Positions 44,611 through 54,103 of a DNA stretch of 64,000 nt are shown piece after piece. Where the stretch lies: positions 2,271 through 66,270 of the forward strand of contig JAADGH010000213.1 of the NCBI GenBank assembly GCA_013152475.1, read 5' to 3'. The notes under the pieces were generated by a model that ran no database searches, had not been told where the DNA came from, and saw only the letters and a list, made by a program, of their open reading frames with translations. The position numbers and the translations under genes are program-made. Position 1 is the first letter of the stretch, and every line of letters begins with the position of its first letter. Origin of the DNA: Planctomycetota bacterium. Its GTDB lineage: Bacteria > Planctomycetota > Brocadiia > JAADGH01.

Positions 44611-46851
44611 TTGGCTAAGGAAGCGCCGAAGTCAGAAAAAAAAACCGAGGCGGATGTCCGCATCCAGGAATACGTCTGGGTGCTGCAAAACCGCCGGTGG
44701 CTGATTATCGGCTGCGCCGTCGTGTCTGCCGTGCTGGTTCTTGTGTTGAGCATTGGCAAGAAGCCCCGCTACAGCGCCACTGTGCAGATCCAGATTGATC
44801 CGGCACGCACCCGCGAAACCCTGAAGCGCGTTGAGGCCCCGCCCGTTGCGGGATACGAGGACCGCGCCTACCTTGAAACGCAGTTCGAGCTGTTGAAAAG
44901 CGATCCGCTGTGTGATGCGGTCATCAACGACTTACGACTCGATCAAGTGGAGGAATTCAACAGCACAAAGCCGGAGTCCATCACGGACTATGTGCGCAAA
45001 TGGACCAATGGTCTGCTCCATATGTTCGACGAGCCGGTTTCGGACCCGGAGCAGATCGAGCGCGGCAAGCGAGCGAACCGCCTCCGGCGGTTCCACACGC
45101 GGCTTTCGGTCTCCCCCATCGAAGGAAGCAGGCTGGTGGAGATCTCTTTCTGGTCCTATCAGCCCAAGCTGGCCGCCGATGTGGCGAATGCGATCGCCAA
45201 GAAGCACATCGAGCTCGATCTGAAACGACGCCTCGGGTCGTTGGAGGATGTGTTTGACTATCTCGAAAAACAACAGGAGGCCTACCGGAAGAGCATGATG
45301 GAGACCGAGGAGAAGTTCCAGAAATATCGAAGGGAACACGACATCGTCGGTCTCGATGACCAGAAGAATATCGTGGCGAAAAAACTGCAGCAGCTCAACC
45401 TCGATCTGCTTGAGGCCGAAAACCGCCTGCGCCGGGCGGAGACGTCGTACAACAAGCTGGTGGAGGTGCAAAAGGCGGGGGGGGTTATCGAGGCCGTGCC
45501 GGAGATCGCCGAAAACCATGTGCTTCAAGATCTGAAGGCCAATTACTTGAAGCTGTTGCTGAAGAAGGAGGAATACTCCAAACGCTACGGTCCCAAACAC
45601 CCGAAAATGATCGCCCTCAATGCACAGATCACGATGCACAAGGAGAAGGTCGATCGCGAGATCAAACTGGCCGAGATGGCCCTCAAGAACAAGTACGAAA
45701 ACGCCGCAGGGGATGTGAAACGGCTCCGCGCAGCGCTCGAAGAAGAAAAGAAGCGCGAGCGCGATCTGGCGGAGAAGGGCATCCAATACAAGGTGCTCCA
45801 GCGCGAGTTGGAGAGCAACGAGGAGGTCTTCAAGGAAGTCCTGGGCAAGGTGAAGGAGAGCGCCGGGGAGATGGACTACCACACGTCCAACATCAAGGTG
45901 GTCGTCCCCGCGACGATCCCGCCCAGGCCCACCAACCTGCACCGCATCCGAAACCTGTTCATGGGCATTGTCCTCGGCGTGGGCCTCGGCGTGGGCCTTG
46001 CGTTCTTCCTGGAGTACCTCGACAACTCCATTCGCACCATCGAAGACATCGAGGAGCACATCGAGCTCCCCTTTCTCGGCCCGATCGCAAAGATGGAAGG
46101 AAAAATTGAGGACGATTGGCCCAAGACACTCGTAGCGCAACACGAACCCGAGTCCCAAGTGGCCGAAGGCTTCCGCACCGTGCGGACAAACATCATCTTT
46201 TCCACATCGGAGGAGAGCCGAAAAACCCTGATGGTCACGAGTGCAACACCGCGTGAGGGCAAGACCACCGTCGCCGCAAACCTTGCCGTGGTCCTGGCGC
46301 GGACCGGCAGGAAGGTGCTTCTCGTCGATGCCGACATGCGTCGCCCGAATGTGCACCGGCTCTTCGACCTCGAAAACCCGAGGGGGCTCAGCTCCATTCT
46401 CACCAAGCAGGAATTCCTCTGCAACGCGGTCCAAGAGTCCGGCATCGAGAACCTGACCGTACTCACCGCCGGACCCGTCCCGGCAAACCAAACGGAACTG
46501 CTCGGATCGGCCGCGACGGAGGAGTTTCTGAAGGAGGCGCAGAAGACCTACGACATCATCCTCTTCGACTCCCCCCCGGTTGGCAGCGTCTCCGACGCGG
46601 TCATCCTTTCCAAGTACGTCGGCGGGATCGTGGTGGTCATCGGTTGCGGCGGCGCCTCGCGGTGGATCATCAGGCGCGCCGTTCAACAGCTTCGGGATGT
46701 GGAGGCAAAGCTCATCGGGGTTGTGTTGAACAACGTGGATATGCTGCGCGACGGGTACGCCCGTTATCACTACTACCGCTACTACCGCGACTACGCCGAA
46801 GGCGGCAAGAAGGAAAAGCAAGACCGGCAATCGGCCTCCAAGGAGGCATAA
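44611..46851 (+). CDS. polysaccharide co-polymerase / tyrosine autokinase (Wzc/EpsG-like)
   Basis: Wzz N-domain with a TM helix, a long coiled coil, a second TM, then the P-loop kinase TSATPREGKTTVAANLA, VLLVDADMRRP and a Tyr-rich tail YARYHYYRYYRDY. Confidence 0.9.
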   Translation: MAKEAPKSEKKTEADVRIQEYVWVLQNRRWLIIGCAVVSAVLVLVLSIGKKPRYSATVQIQIDPARTRETLKRVEAPPVAGYEDRAYLETQFELLKSDPLCDAVINDLRLDQVEEFNSTKPESITDYVRKWTNGLLHMFDEPVSDPEQIERGKRANRLRRFHTRLSVSPIEGSRLVEISFWSYQPKLAADVANAIAKKHIELDLKRRLGSLEDVFDYLEKQQEAYRKSMMETEEKFQKYRREHDIVGLDDQKNIVAKKLQQLNLDLLEAENRLRRAETSYNKLVEVQKAGGVIEAVPEIAENHVLQDLKANYLKLLLKKEEYSKRYGPKHPKMIALNAQITMHKEKVDREIKLAEMALKNKYENAAGDVKRLRAALEEEKKRERDLAEKGIQYKVLQRELESNEEVFKEVLGKVKESAGEMDYHTSNIKVVVPATIPPRPTNLHRIRNLFMGIVLGVGLGVGLAFFLEYLDNSIRTIEDIEEHIELPFLGPIAKMEGKIEDDWPKTLVAQHEPESQVAEGFRTVRTNIIFSTSEESRKTLMVTSATPREGKTTVAANLAVVLARTGRKVLLVDADMRRPNVHRLFDLENPRGLSSILTKQEFLCNAVQESGIENLTVLTAGPVPANQTELLGSAATEEFLKEAQKTYDIILFDSPPVGSVSDAVILSKYVGGIVVVIGCGGASRWIIRRAVQQLRDVEAKLIGVVLNNVDMLRDGYARYHYYRYYRDYAEGGKKEKQDRQSASKEA

Positions 46852-46878
46852 CCATGCACCGGAGGTGCGGGCGCCGCG

Positions 46879-48270
46879 ATGGGCACGTCTAACCACATCT
46901 TATCCCGTGCCTGCGACGCGGTCATCAACGCCGGGATGGTATTTCTCCTTCTCTTTCCCCCGTTTTTTTTCGGCTCCGTCTCCCCGGGCGGACGCCTTCT
47001 TGTCGAAGTGGCAGCCATGGTCGTCTTCGTGGCGTGGCTCTGGCGGCCGCGCGGGGAAGCGGGCTACCTCTCCGGCTCGCGATCCTACACCTCCCGCCTG
47101 CCGAAACTTGCGCTGATTCCACTGGGCGGGTTCTGCGCATACGTCTTTCTGCAGACGGTGCCGCTGCCGGCCGATATGATCGCGGCCCTCTCTCCCGCCA
47201 CTGTCGCCCAGCACCGCATGGCCCCTGGTCTGGGCGAGAGACTGACCCTCAGCCTCAGCCCGGAACGAACCACGAATGACCTGCTCTTGCTCTACGCGTG
47301 CGTGGCGGTTTTCCTTGTCGCGGCGTTTCCGACCAAAGGGCAGATCAACCGGCGAAGGCTCAGCGTGATCCTTGTCGGGACAGGCGTGGCCGTTTCCCTT
47401 CTTGCCATACTCCAGAAGGCCACTCAACACGGGAACGCGAAGATCTACTGGGCCATCTCCTGCCGCCAGGACCCCTGCGGTCCCTTTGTCAACCCGAGTG
47501 ACTTCGCCGGGTATGTCATTCTCTTGATTCCCATCGCCCTGGCGGTTGGCTTTGGCCGGTCGCCGGGCGCGGGGCCGAGAGGATCGGGGAAATGGACGGT
47601 GTTCGGTGTTGTCTCGGCTGTCATCATGACGATTGCGCTGGTGTTGAGCGCGTCGCGGAGCGGGATCGCCGGCGTTCTGGTTGCGGTGGCGCTCCTGAGC
47701 GTTACGCTGGCAATCGGGGCCCGGAGCCGGAGGAAGCGAGTTGCCGTCATCACCGCGGCGGTTCTCATCTGCGTGCTTGGTGCGTGGGCGGCGACATCGC
47801 GCCTCATGGAGAAGATGGAGCGCGCCGGGGTGGCCTGGGGGGAGCGGGCGCTCCTGTGGCGGGAGTCGAGCGTCCTTGCGCGCGACTTTCGGATATGCGG
47901 GACGGGCCTCGGCACCTTCGGCGTGGTCTTCCCCCAGCACCGGAAGGGCCTGACGCAGCAGGTGAGTTTCACAAATGCGGAGAATGACTTTCTGGAGCTG
48001 CTTATCGAAACCGGGCTCATCGGCGGTGTGCTGTTCGGGACGTTTCTCGGGCTCTGGGCGGCCTCCGGGGTGCGTGCGGCGTCCGCAATGTTCGGCGGGT
48101 TCCGGGCCGCGCTGATCTGCGGGGCCGGGGCCGGCTGCGCGGCGATGCTGGTTCACGATTTCTTTCACTTCAGTCTTCGTATCCCGGCCAATGCGGTACT
48201 GTTCGCTGTCTGCCTGGCCCTGTTGCACCCCGCGTCGAGAGGATCGGGGAAAGGATCATCCGATGATTAG
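46879..48270 (+). CDS. O-antigen ligase/polymerase-like (Wzy_C) membrane protein 1
   Basis: Polytopic. Has the SASRSGIAGVLVAV and ENDFLELLIETGLIGG blocks typical of Wzy_C. Confidence 0.78.
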   Translation: MGTSNHILSRACDAVINAGMVFLLLFPPFFFGSVSPGGRLLVEVAAMVVFVAWLWRPRGEAGYLSGSRSYTSRLPKLALIPLGGFCAYVFLQTVPLPADMIAALSPATVAQHRMAPGLGERLTLSLSPERTTNDLLLLYACVAVFLVAAFPTKGQINRRRLSVILVGTGVAVSLLAILQKATQHGNAKIYWAISCRQDPCGPFVNPSDFAGYVILLIPIALAVGFGRSPGAGPRGSGKWTVFGVVSAVIMTIALVLSASRSGIAGVLVAVALLSVTLAIGARSRRKRVAVITAAVLICVLGAWAATSRLMEKMERAGVAWGERALLWRESSVLARDFRICGTGLGTFGVVFPQHRKGLTQQVSFTNAENDFLELLIETGLIGGVLFGTFLGLWAASGVRAASAMFGGFRAALICGAGAGCAAMLVHDFFHFSLRIPANAVLFAVCLALLHPASRGSGKGSSDD

Positions 48271-49357
48271 GATAATCAATGTGGTGGGCGCCCGGCCGAA
48301 CTTCATGAAGATGGCGCCGATCCTGGCGGAGATGGATGCGCCGGGGTGCTTCGATCCGATTCTTGTCCACACGGGCCAGCACTACGACGACAACATGTCG
48401 GGCGACTTCTTCCGGGACCTGGGCCTTCGAGAACCGGACGTGAACCTGGATGTGGGTTCGGCTTCCCATGCCGTCCAGACGGCGGAGGTCATGCGGCGGA
48501 TCGAGCCGGTGATCCTGGAGCGGAAGCCGGACGTTGTGCTCGTGGTCGGCGATGTCAACTCCACCCTCGCCGCGGCCCTTGTCAGCGCAAAGCTGCACGT
48601 GCCCGTGGCCCATGTGGAGTCCGGGCTTCGGAGCTTCGACCGGGCGATGCCCGAGGAGATCAATCGGATCGTGACCGACGTCCTGTCCGACTATCTCTTT
48701 GCCAATGACGGGGATGCGGCGGAAAACCTGGGGCGGGAGGGGATTGCCCCGGAGAAGGTTCACGTCGTCGGTGATGTCATGGTGGACACGCTCCTGATGA
48801 ACCTCGACCGGGCGCGGACGTCCGGTATCCGCGACCGGCTCGGTCTGGTCGGCGACTACGCCGTTCTCACCCTCCACCGGCCGAGCAATGTGGACGACCC
48901 GGCGGCGCTGCGCGAGGTCCTTGGCGCGCTGGCGGACCTCAAGGAGGACCTGACCATCGTCTTTGCCATCCACCCGCGAACGAGAAAACGCATCGCGGAG
49001 TTTGGCCTGCAAGACGTGCTGGAGGCATCGGGCGCACTCACGGTGGACCCGTTGGGCTATCTCGACTTTCTCGCCCTGCAGGCGAACGCGCGTGTGATTC
49101 TGACGGACTCCGGCGGCATTCAGGAAGAGGCCTTCACGATGGGTGCGCCCTGCGTGACGCTGCGCGACACGACGGAGCGGATGTATACGATCGAGCAGGG
49201 GGGGAATGTGCTGGTTGGCCATAACCGGGCAAGGATTGTCGTCGAGGTCCGTCGTGTATTGAAGAAAGGAGCGGAGCGCATCGCGGAGCCGAGAAGGGAC
49301 CGTGCGGGCGCCGCGAAGAAGATCGTTGAGATACTGGCCCGGCATCCGACGCCATGA
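48263..49357 (+). CDS. wecB: UDP-N-acetylglucosamine 2-epimerase (non-hydrolysing)
   Basis: Trimmed to MIRIINVVGARPNFMKMAPI, overlapping the upstream stop by 8 nt. Has the HTGQHYD, GDVNST, HVESGLRSFD and TDSGGIQEE motifs. Confidence 0.93.
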   Translation: MIRIINVVGARPNFMKMAPILAEMDAPGCFDPILVHTGQHYDDNMSGDFFRDLGLREPDVNLDVGSASHAVQTAEVMRRIEPVILERKPDVVLVVGDVNSTLAAALVSAKLHVPVAHVESGLRSFDRAMPEEINRIVTDVLSDYLFANDGDAAENLGREGIAPEKVHVVGDVMVDTLLMNLDRARTSGIRDRLGLVGDYAVLTLHRPSNVDDPAALREVLGALADLKEDLTIVFAIHPRTRKRIAEFGLQDVLEASGALTVDPLGYLDFLALQANARVILTDSGGIQEEAFTMGAPCVTLRDTTERMYTIEQGGNVLVGHNRARIVVEVRRVLKKGAERIAEPRRDRAGAAKKIVEILARHPTP

Positions 49358-50742
49358 GCAGGACCATCTTATTTATCTCGAAGTTCCTCTGGACCACCGG
49401 AGAGCGCGCCGGTGTGCAGGTGGTCTACCGTGCGCTTCGGGCCTACCGTGATGCGGGGTATGATGTGCGCCTCTTCGTTCCGACAAACACCCGCCGGACG
49501 CCCCGGAAAGTTGTATACGACGGCATGATTGTCGAGAACATCTACGTCGATGTTTGGCCATTCGGCGGCGCCTGCGACTACCTCGGATATCGTCCGCGAG
49601 ACCTGTCGCCGCCCGTTCTTTCCTCCCTGCTGTGGCGTGCGACGATCTTGATCTTCACCATGAAGGCCGTCGCGCGGGGGGTGCGGATTGCGCGTGGTCG
49701 TAACGTTGCGCTTGTGTACGCCTTCAGTGCCTTCGCGTGCCCGGCTGCCTACCTGATATCCTTCCTGACGGGCTTACCGGTGGTTACGCGCCTGATCGGT
49801 ACCACCCGGTTTTTCGACGCCCTGCAGAGACGCTTCGGCGCGATTGTGCAACACCTGTGGTGGATCGCAATCAAGGGCGCGCGAGATTTGATTATCACGA
49901 CAAATGACGGTTCGCGTACGAAGGATGCCTGCCTGCGCCTCGGTGTGGAGGAGAAAAGGATTCGGTTTTGGCTCGACGGGATCGAGAAGGGCCCGTTCCG
50001 CAAACGCGCGAACCCGGCCCTTCGGAAGAAGCTGGGCATCCCCAAGAGTGCGGCGGTGCTCGGCATGTTCACGCAGCTTATTCGCTATCGTGGCGTTCAC
50101 CGCGCCATCAATGCCATGGCCGAGGTCGCCAAGCGATCTCCCGATGCACGGCTCCTTATCGTCGGTGACGGCATCGAGCGGTTGCGGCTCGAACGGCAGG
50201 TCGCCGCGCTGGGCCTGCGGGATGCCGTCATGTTTCTGGGTCGCGTGCCGTGGGCCGAGGTGGCGGGGCTTATGAAGATCGTGGACATCTGCGTGGCCTG
50301 TGGCGACGGGTCGAACCTGCCGAATTCAATTCTCGAAGCGATGGTCTCCGGCCGGTGCGTCGTTATCCGCGATACGGGCGGCATGGGGGAGGTTATACAG
50401 AACGGCGAAAACGGCCTGCTGGTTTCCGCCGATGAGGGAAAGGCGCTTGGCCGTGCGCTTGTGGACCTTGTTCGGGACAAGATGCGCCGCCAGAGGCTTG
50501 GGCGCAATGCGCGTAAATGGGCGGCGGAAAACATCCCCGACTGGCCGGAGCGCATGGCTCGGGAGATCGAGACGATCGAGCGCGATGTCCTTGCCGAGGT
50601 CCCGAATCACGACCGAGGCGCCTTGTGGGCTGCGCTCTTCGGGATGCTCGCCTTGGCTTGGTTTCTGGCGTTCAACATCGCTTACTATTGCGGTCAGATG
50701 GGTCTTGTGAGGAGGGCCTGGTCGGCGTGGTTAGGCAATTGA
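49354..50742 (+). CDS. glycosyltransferase family 4 (GT-B) with C-terminal TM segment
   Basis: ATGA overlap. Has the E..G motif region NSILEAMVSGRCVVIRDTGGMGEVIQNGENGLLV. Terminal hydrophobic helix ALWAALFGMLALAWFLAF. Confidence 0.85.
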   Translation: MSRTILFISKFLWTTGERAGVQVVYRALRAYRDAGYDVRLFVPTNTRRTPRKVVYDGMIVENIYVDVWPFGGACDYLGYRPRDLSPPVLSSLLWRATILIFTMKAVARGVRIARGRNVALVYAFSAFACPAAYLISFLTGLPVVTRLIGTTRFFDALQRRFGAIVQHLWWIAIKGARDLIITTNDGSRTKDACLRLGVEEKRIRFWLDGIEKGPFRKRANPALRKKLGIPKSAAVLGMFTQLIRYRGVHRAINAMAEVAKRSPDARLLIVGDGIERLRLERQVAALGLRDAVMFLGRVPWAEVAGLMKIVDICVACGDGSNLPNSILEAMVSGRCVVIRDTGGMGEVIQNGENGLLVSADEGKALGRALVDLVRDKMRRQRLGRNARKWAAENIPDWPERMAREIETIERDVLAEVPNHDRGALWAALFGMLALAWFLAFNIAYYCGQMGLVRRAWSAWLGN

Positions 50743-50746
50743 GACA

Positions 50747-52708
50747 ATGAACGCGCTTGTCGGCGCCATCACACTCTTCCTGCTCAACATGATCGCTGTT
50801 GGCATCGGCCTGCCGGTGCTGCGGTGGGTGTTGGGACGCGAGGACTTGCGACTGGAGCATCTCCTGGCCTCGCTCGCGGTCGGCATGGGAATTATCGGCA
50901 CGCTCGTCCTGTTTCTGGGGCTTGTCGGTGGTCTGTATGTGTGGGCGGCGTGGGTGTTCGTGGTTGTGTTGCTGGCCTGCGCACTGCCGGGGCTGAGGCG
51001 GGTCGCCGGTGAATGGGGGAGAGGTGTGCAACCGGCAATGCCTCAACTGAGCACTGTGGGCTGGGTGATGCTTTTCTTCATCGCCCTCCATGCGCTCATG
51101 AACCTCGCGGTGGCGCTGACCCCCCCGACGGAGGCCGACACGCTCATTTACCATCTATTGCTTCCCAAAAAATATGTCGAGGCGCACCGGATCTACTTCA
51201 TGGGCGAATCCTACTTTGCGACCATGGGGTATCTGATGGAGTGCCTGTATACGCTGGGCCTGCTTGTGGGGTCCGACCGTCTGCCCGCGCTTCTCCAGTT
51301 CGAGTTCGGCCTCCTGACAGCGACCCTGATTGCTCTCTGTGCGCGCCGATGGTTTGGGCTGAGGGACTCGCTCGTTCCCGCGGCCATTTTCTATTGCATG
51401 CCCATCACGGCGGTGTCATCGACAAGCGCCATGGTCGAAATGGCCGCCGTCTTCTACAGCCTGTTGGGGGTTTTCTTTGCCATTGAGTTTCTTCAAGGTG
51501 GAGACCGGAAGCGGCTCGTAACGGCCGGCATCTGTGTGGGGCTAACGGCTGCGATCAAGCTTCTGGGATTTCTCACATGCGCCGGTCTGCTTGTGGTCGT
51601 TTTCGTTGGATCGATGACCATGCTGAAACGAGGGAAAAGGGCGATAGTGGATGCCGCTATCCCTGCGGCAGTCGCCTTGGCCGTGGTATCGCCGTGGCTC
51701 CTTCGCAATCTCGTATGGTGCGGCAATCCGTTTTTCCCCGAACTCTACGGCCTCTTCGGGGCGTCGCACTGGAACGATTACTCCCACAGCGTAGTTGCCG
51801 AGATCCATCGCGGCTATGCCGGACGGTATGCTGGCCGGCCGTTTTTCGGGCTTTTCACTGCGCTCTGGCGGCTGACCAATTTCACGGAACCGGGGCGGTC
51901 AGTGTCGTCCAGCGTTGGTCCGCTGTATGTGGCGCTGCTTCCCTTCTGTGTTTGGGCCGCGGTACGAAGTTGTGTTGCCCGTATGCTCTTTGTGTTTGCT
52001 GTCTTGTACTATATAATGTGGTACTATACGGCGCCGTATGTTGACTTGCACCACCTGATGCCGGCGCTGCCCGCGCTGGCGCTGATCGGCGCGGCAGGGC
52101 TGTCTGCGTCGTCTCTCTGTCGAGGGCGGTTGAAGATTGTGCCCACAGGTTTCGTCGTCGTCGCCTTGCTGTATAGCTACGCTGTGACGGCGATTTACGC
52201 GGCGCAGTTTGCCCCATATGTCTTCGGCAGGACCGGGCGCGACGACCTGCTGCGACGAACAACCTGGTATTATGACGACATCGTTTGGATGAATCGGAAT
52301 CTCGGGAAGGAAGACAAGGTGGCGATGGCTGTCGCACCGACGTACTACCTGGACATCCCGCACATCCACTTGGCGCCCTATCGCCAGGGGTGGATCGATT
52401 TTTCGAAGGTGCACGGCGCGGGCGAGGTGGCGCAGGCGCTGCGACGCAAGGGCGTGACGCACGTTTTCGTGGTGATGAATAGCCTCAGCGATGACATGGT
52501 GCGGTCGCTGCCGACGCTGGGTCCGTATGTGGATGCCATGCGCAGGTTCGTGGATTCACCCCATGTGTTTCTGGTCCACATCAATCCCTTCGGGCAAAAG
52601 GGGAGCCGAAAGCCCGCGTGGGCTCGTGGGCGGCGGCAGTTGTGGGAGACGCGCGTATATAAATTGGCGCCGGACGGGGGGGAAAGGCCGGCTACCGAGG
52701 CGCAATAG
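50747..52708 (+). CDS. polytopic membrane protein, putative GT-C (ArnT/PMT-like) glycosyltransferase
   Basis: About 12 N-terminal helices with an early acidic loop (PPTEADTLIYH), followed by a soluble C-terminal domain. The family call is tentative. Confidence 0.6.
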   Translation: MNALVGAITLFLLNMIAVGIGLPVLRWVLGREDLRLEHLLASLAVGMGIIGTLVLFLGLVGGLYVWAAWVFVVVLLACALPGLRRVAGEWGRGVQPAMPQLSTVGWVMLFFIALHALMNLAVALTPPTEADTLIYHLLLPKKYVEAHRIYFMGESYFATMGYLMECLYTLGLLVGSDRLPALLQFEFGLLTATLIALCARRWFGLRDSLVPAAIFYCMPITAVSSTSAMVEMAAVFYSLLGVFFAIEFLQGGDRKRLVTAGICVGLTAAIKLLGFLTCAGLLVVVFVGSMTMLKRGKRAIVDAAIPAAVALAVVSPWLLRNLVWCGNPFFPELYGLFGASHWNDYSHSVVAEIHRGYAGRYAGRPFFGLFTALWRLTNFTEPGRSVSSSVGPLYVALLPFCVWAAVRSCVARMLFVFAVLYYIMWYYTAPYVDLHHLMPALPALALIGAAGLSASSLCRGRLKIVPTGFVVVALLYSYAVTAIYAAQFAPYVFGRTGRDDLLRRTTWYYDDIVWMNRNLGKEDKVAMAVAPTYYLDIPHIHLAPYRQGWIDFSKVHGAGEVAQALRRKGVTHVFVVMNSLSDDMVRSLPTLGPYVDAMRRFVDSPHVFLVHINPFGQKGSRKPAWARGRRQLWETRVYKLAPDGGERPATEAQ

Positions 52709-54103
52709 ATGGAAGAACGGATCATTCCATTCGTAGGCGTGATGTTGCTGCTGGCGCTGGCCCTCTGGCGCAAGCCGGCCATTTTGGTGGCGCTGCTTGC
52801 CGTGGGAAGCGAGTATCTCCGGGCCGTGTTTGGGCTGATCGGCATCTCGGACCGAGCCGAGTTCATCCATGTCTTGCTTCCGGCCGCCTTCGGGGCGGCG
52901 ATCGCGATCCTGCCCATCAAACTCTACACGGAACGTCGGCTCCACCGCGTGGTACTGCGAGAAGTGGTGGCCGTGTCCCTTTGCGCCATGCTCTTCGGTG
53001 CGATTGTGGTGCTGGGGATGATGCGCTCCCCGGCCGATGTGCGACTCTATGGACGGAGCAAAGTCCTGAAGTTTCTCCTCGCATGCTTCTTCCAGTTTTT
53101 TTTCGTGTTGCTTTTCATCATCGACAGACGTGAGATCCGGCACTGCATGATCTTCATGCTGGGTTGTGCGTTCCTCCAAACCGTCTCGATCTTTCTTGTG
53201 CGGGGCAGCGAGGCGTTTCATACATACTTCTACTACGTGGACCCTCCGGACCGGATCGGTCCCATCGTCCTGGTGCAGGGGCTTGAAATGGGGTATCGAT
53301 TCAGTCTGTACACGGTTATGCTGTACTTGCTCTGTCTCTACTTTCGTTGGCCCCCCGTGCGATTGATGCTTTTTGGGTTGGCCGGTTTTTCCGCATTCCT
53401 CTGCTTCATGACCGCCTGCCGGGGGGCGATGCTCTTCGCCGTCATTCTTGTTTTGGGGGTCACAGTGGTCTGGTACCGATTTCGAGTCGTGCCGGTCGTG
53501 CTGATCGTGCTGCTGATCGCGCCGCTTGTGTTGGTGTTCCGCAGCCTTGCGCCCGGGCTGCACCAGGAGCGGTGGTCAGAGTTGACCGGGGAGATGGGAC
53601 TCGGCTCGTCCCGGGCCTACATGGTCGGCTGGGCGCTCCGGGATGCACAGCGGCACCTGTTGCTCGGCGGGGGGGCGGGCGCCGGGGCGCATATGCCCCC
53701 GGTCCTGGAGCAGCGGAAGCTGGGGTGGTATTTTTCCGATGGCATCGACCGCGTGTATCCGCACAACGGCCCGGTGGAGGTGTTGCATGAGTTTGGGATT
53801 GTCGGCCTGGTTCCGTACCTTCTCTTTTTCGGACTTACGGCATGGAAGGGTCTGCGGACATTGTTTCGCCTGGAACCGCGCTCCGAGGGCTTCCTTCTGT
53901 GCCTTTGGTGCCTCACGATGTTCGGGCAGGACTGCATGCGGCTGATGATCAGCGGAGACATCAGCGATTCCTTCCGGGCATGGATATTCGCGGGCATGAT
54001 CCTGGCATTCGTCAGGGCGAAGACAGTTGAGCAGGAGGAGGCCGCCGAGGCCGAAGAGCCCGGCGAAGACAGCGTGCCGGAAATGGCCCCATCAGGTCCA
54101 TGA
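52709..54103 (+). CDS. O-antigen ligase/polymerase-like (Wzy_C) membrane protein 2
   Basis: The start is directly adjacent to the upstream stop. Polytopic. Has the TACRGAMLFAVILVL and YPHNGPVEVLHEFGIVGLV blocks. Confidence 0.75.
   Translation: MEERIIPFVGVMLLLALALWRKPAILVALLAVGSEYLRAVFGLIGISDRAEFIHVLLPAAFGAAIAILPIKLYTERRLHRVVLREVVAVSLCAMLFGAIVVLGMMRSPADVRLYGRSKVLKFLLACFFQFFFVLLFIIDRREIRHCMIFMLGCAFLQTVSIFLVRGSEAFHTYFYYVDPPDRIGPIVLVQGLEMGYRFSLYTVMLYLLCLYFRWPPVRLMLFGLAGFSAFLCFMTACRGAMLFAVILVLGVTVVWYRFRVVPVVLIVLLIAPLVLVFRSLAPGLHQERWSELTGEMGLGSSRAYMVGWALRDAQRHLLLGGGAGAGAHMPPVLEQRKLGWYFSDGIDRVYPHNGPVEVLHEFGIVGLVPYLLFFGLTAWKGLRTLFRLEPRSEGFLLCLWCLTMFGQDCMRLMISGDISDSFRAWIFAGMILAFVRAKTVEQEEAAEAEEPGEDSVPEMAPSGP

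Noticed and set aside
44932-46896. 654-aa minus-strand ORF. Similar long antisense or out-of-frame ORFs occur at 70-1506, 5898-7052, 9036-10805, 14651-15832, 16239-17435, 18046-19542, 21261-22532, 24747-26204, 27694-28947, 29858-30913, 31630-33063, 34797-36272, 46900-48228, 48170-49345, 52556-53563, 56852-58852 and 63024-63908.
   Set aside because: Each one overlaps a sense-strand gene with recognisable family motifs and good start/RBS geometry. They have low-complexity R/P/G/H-rich composition. I regard them as GC-driven spurious ORFs.
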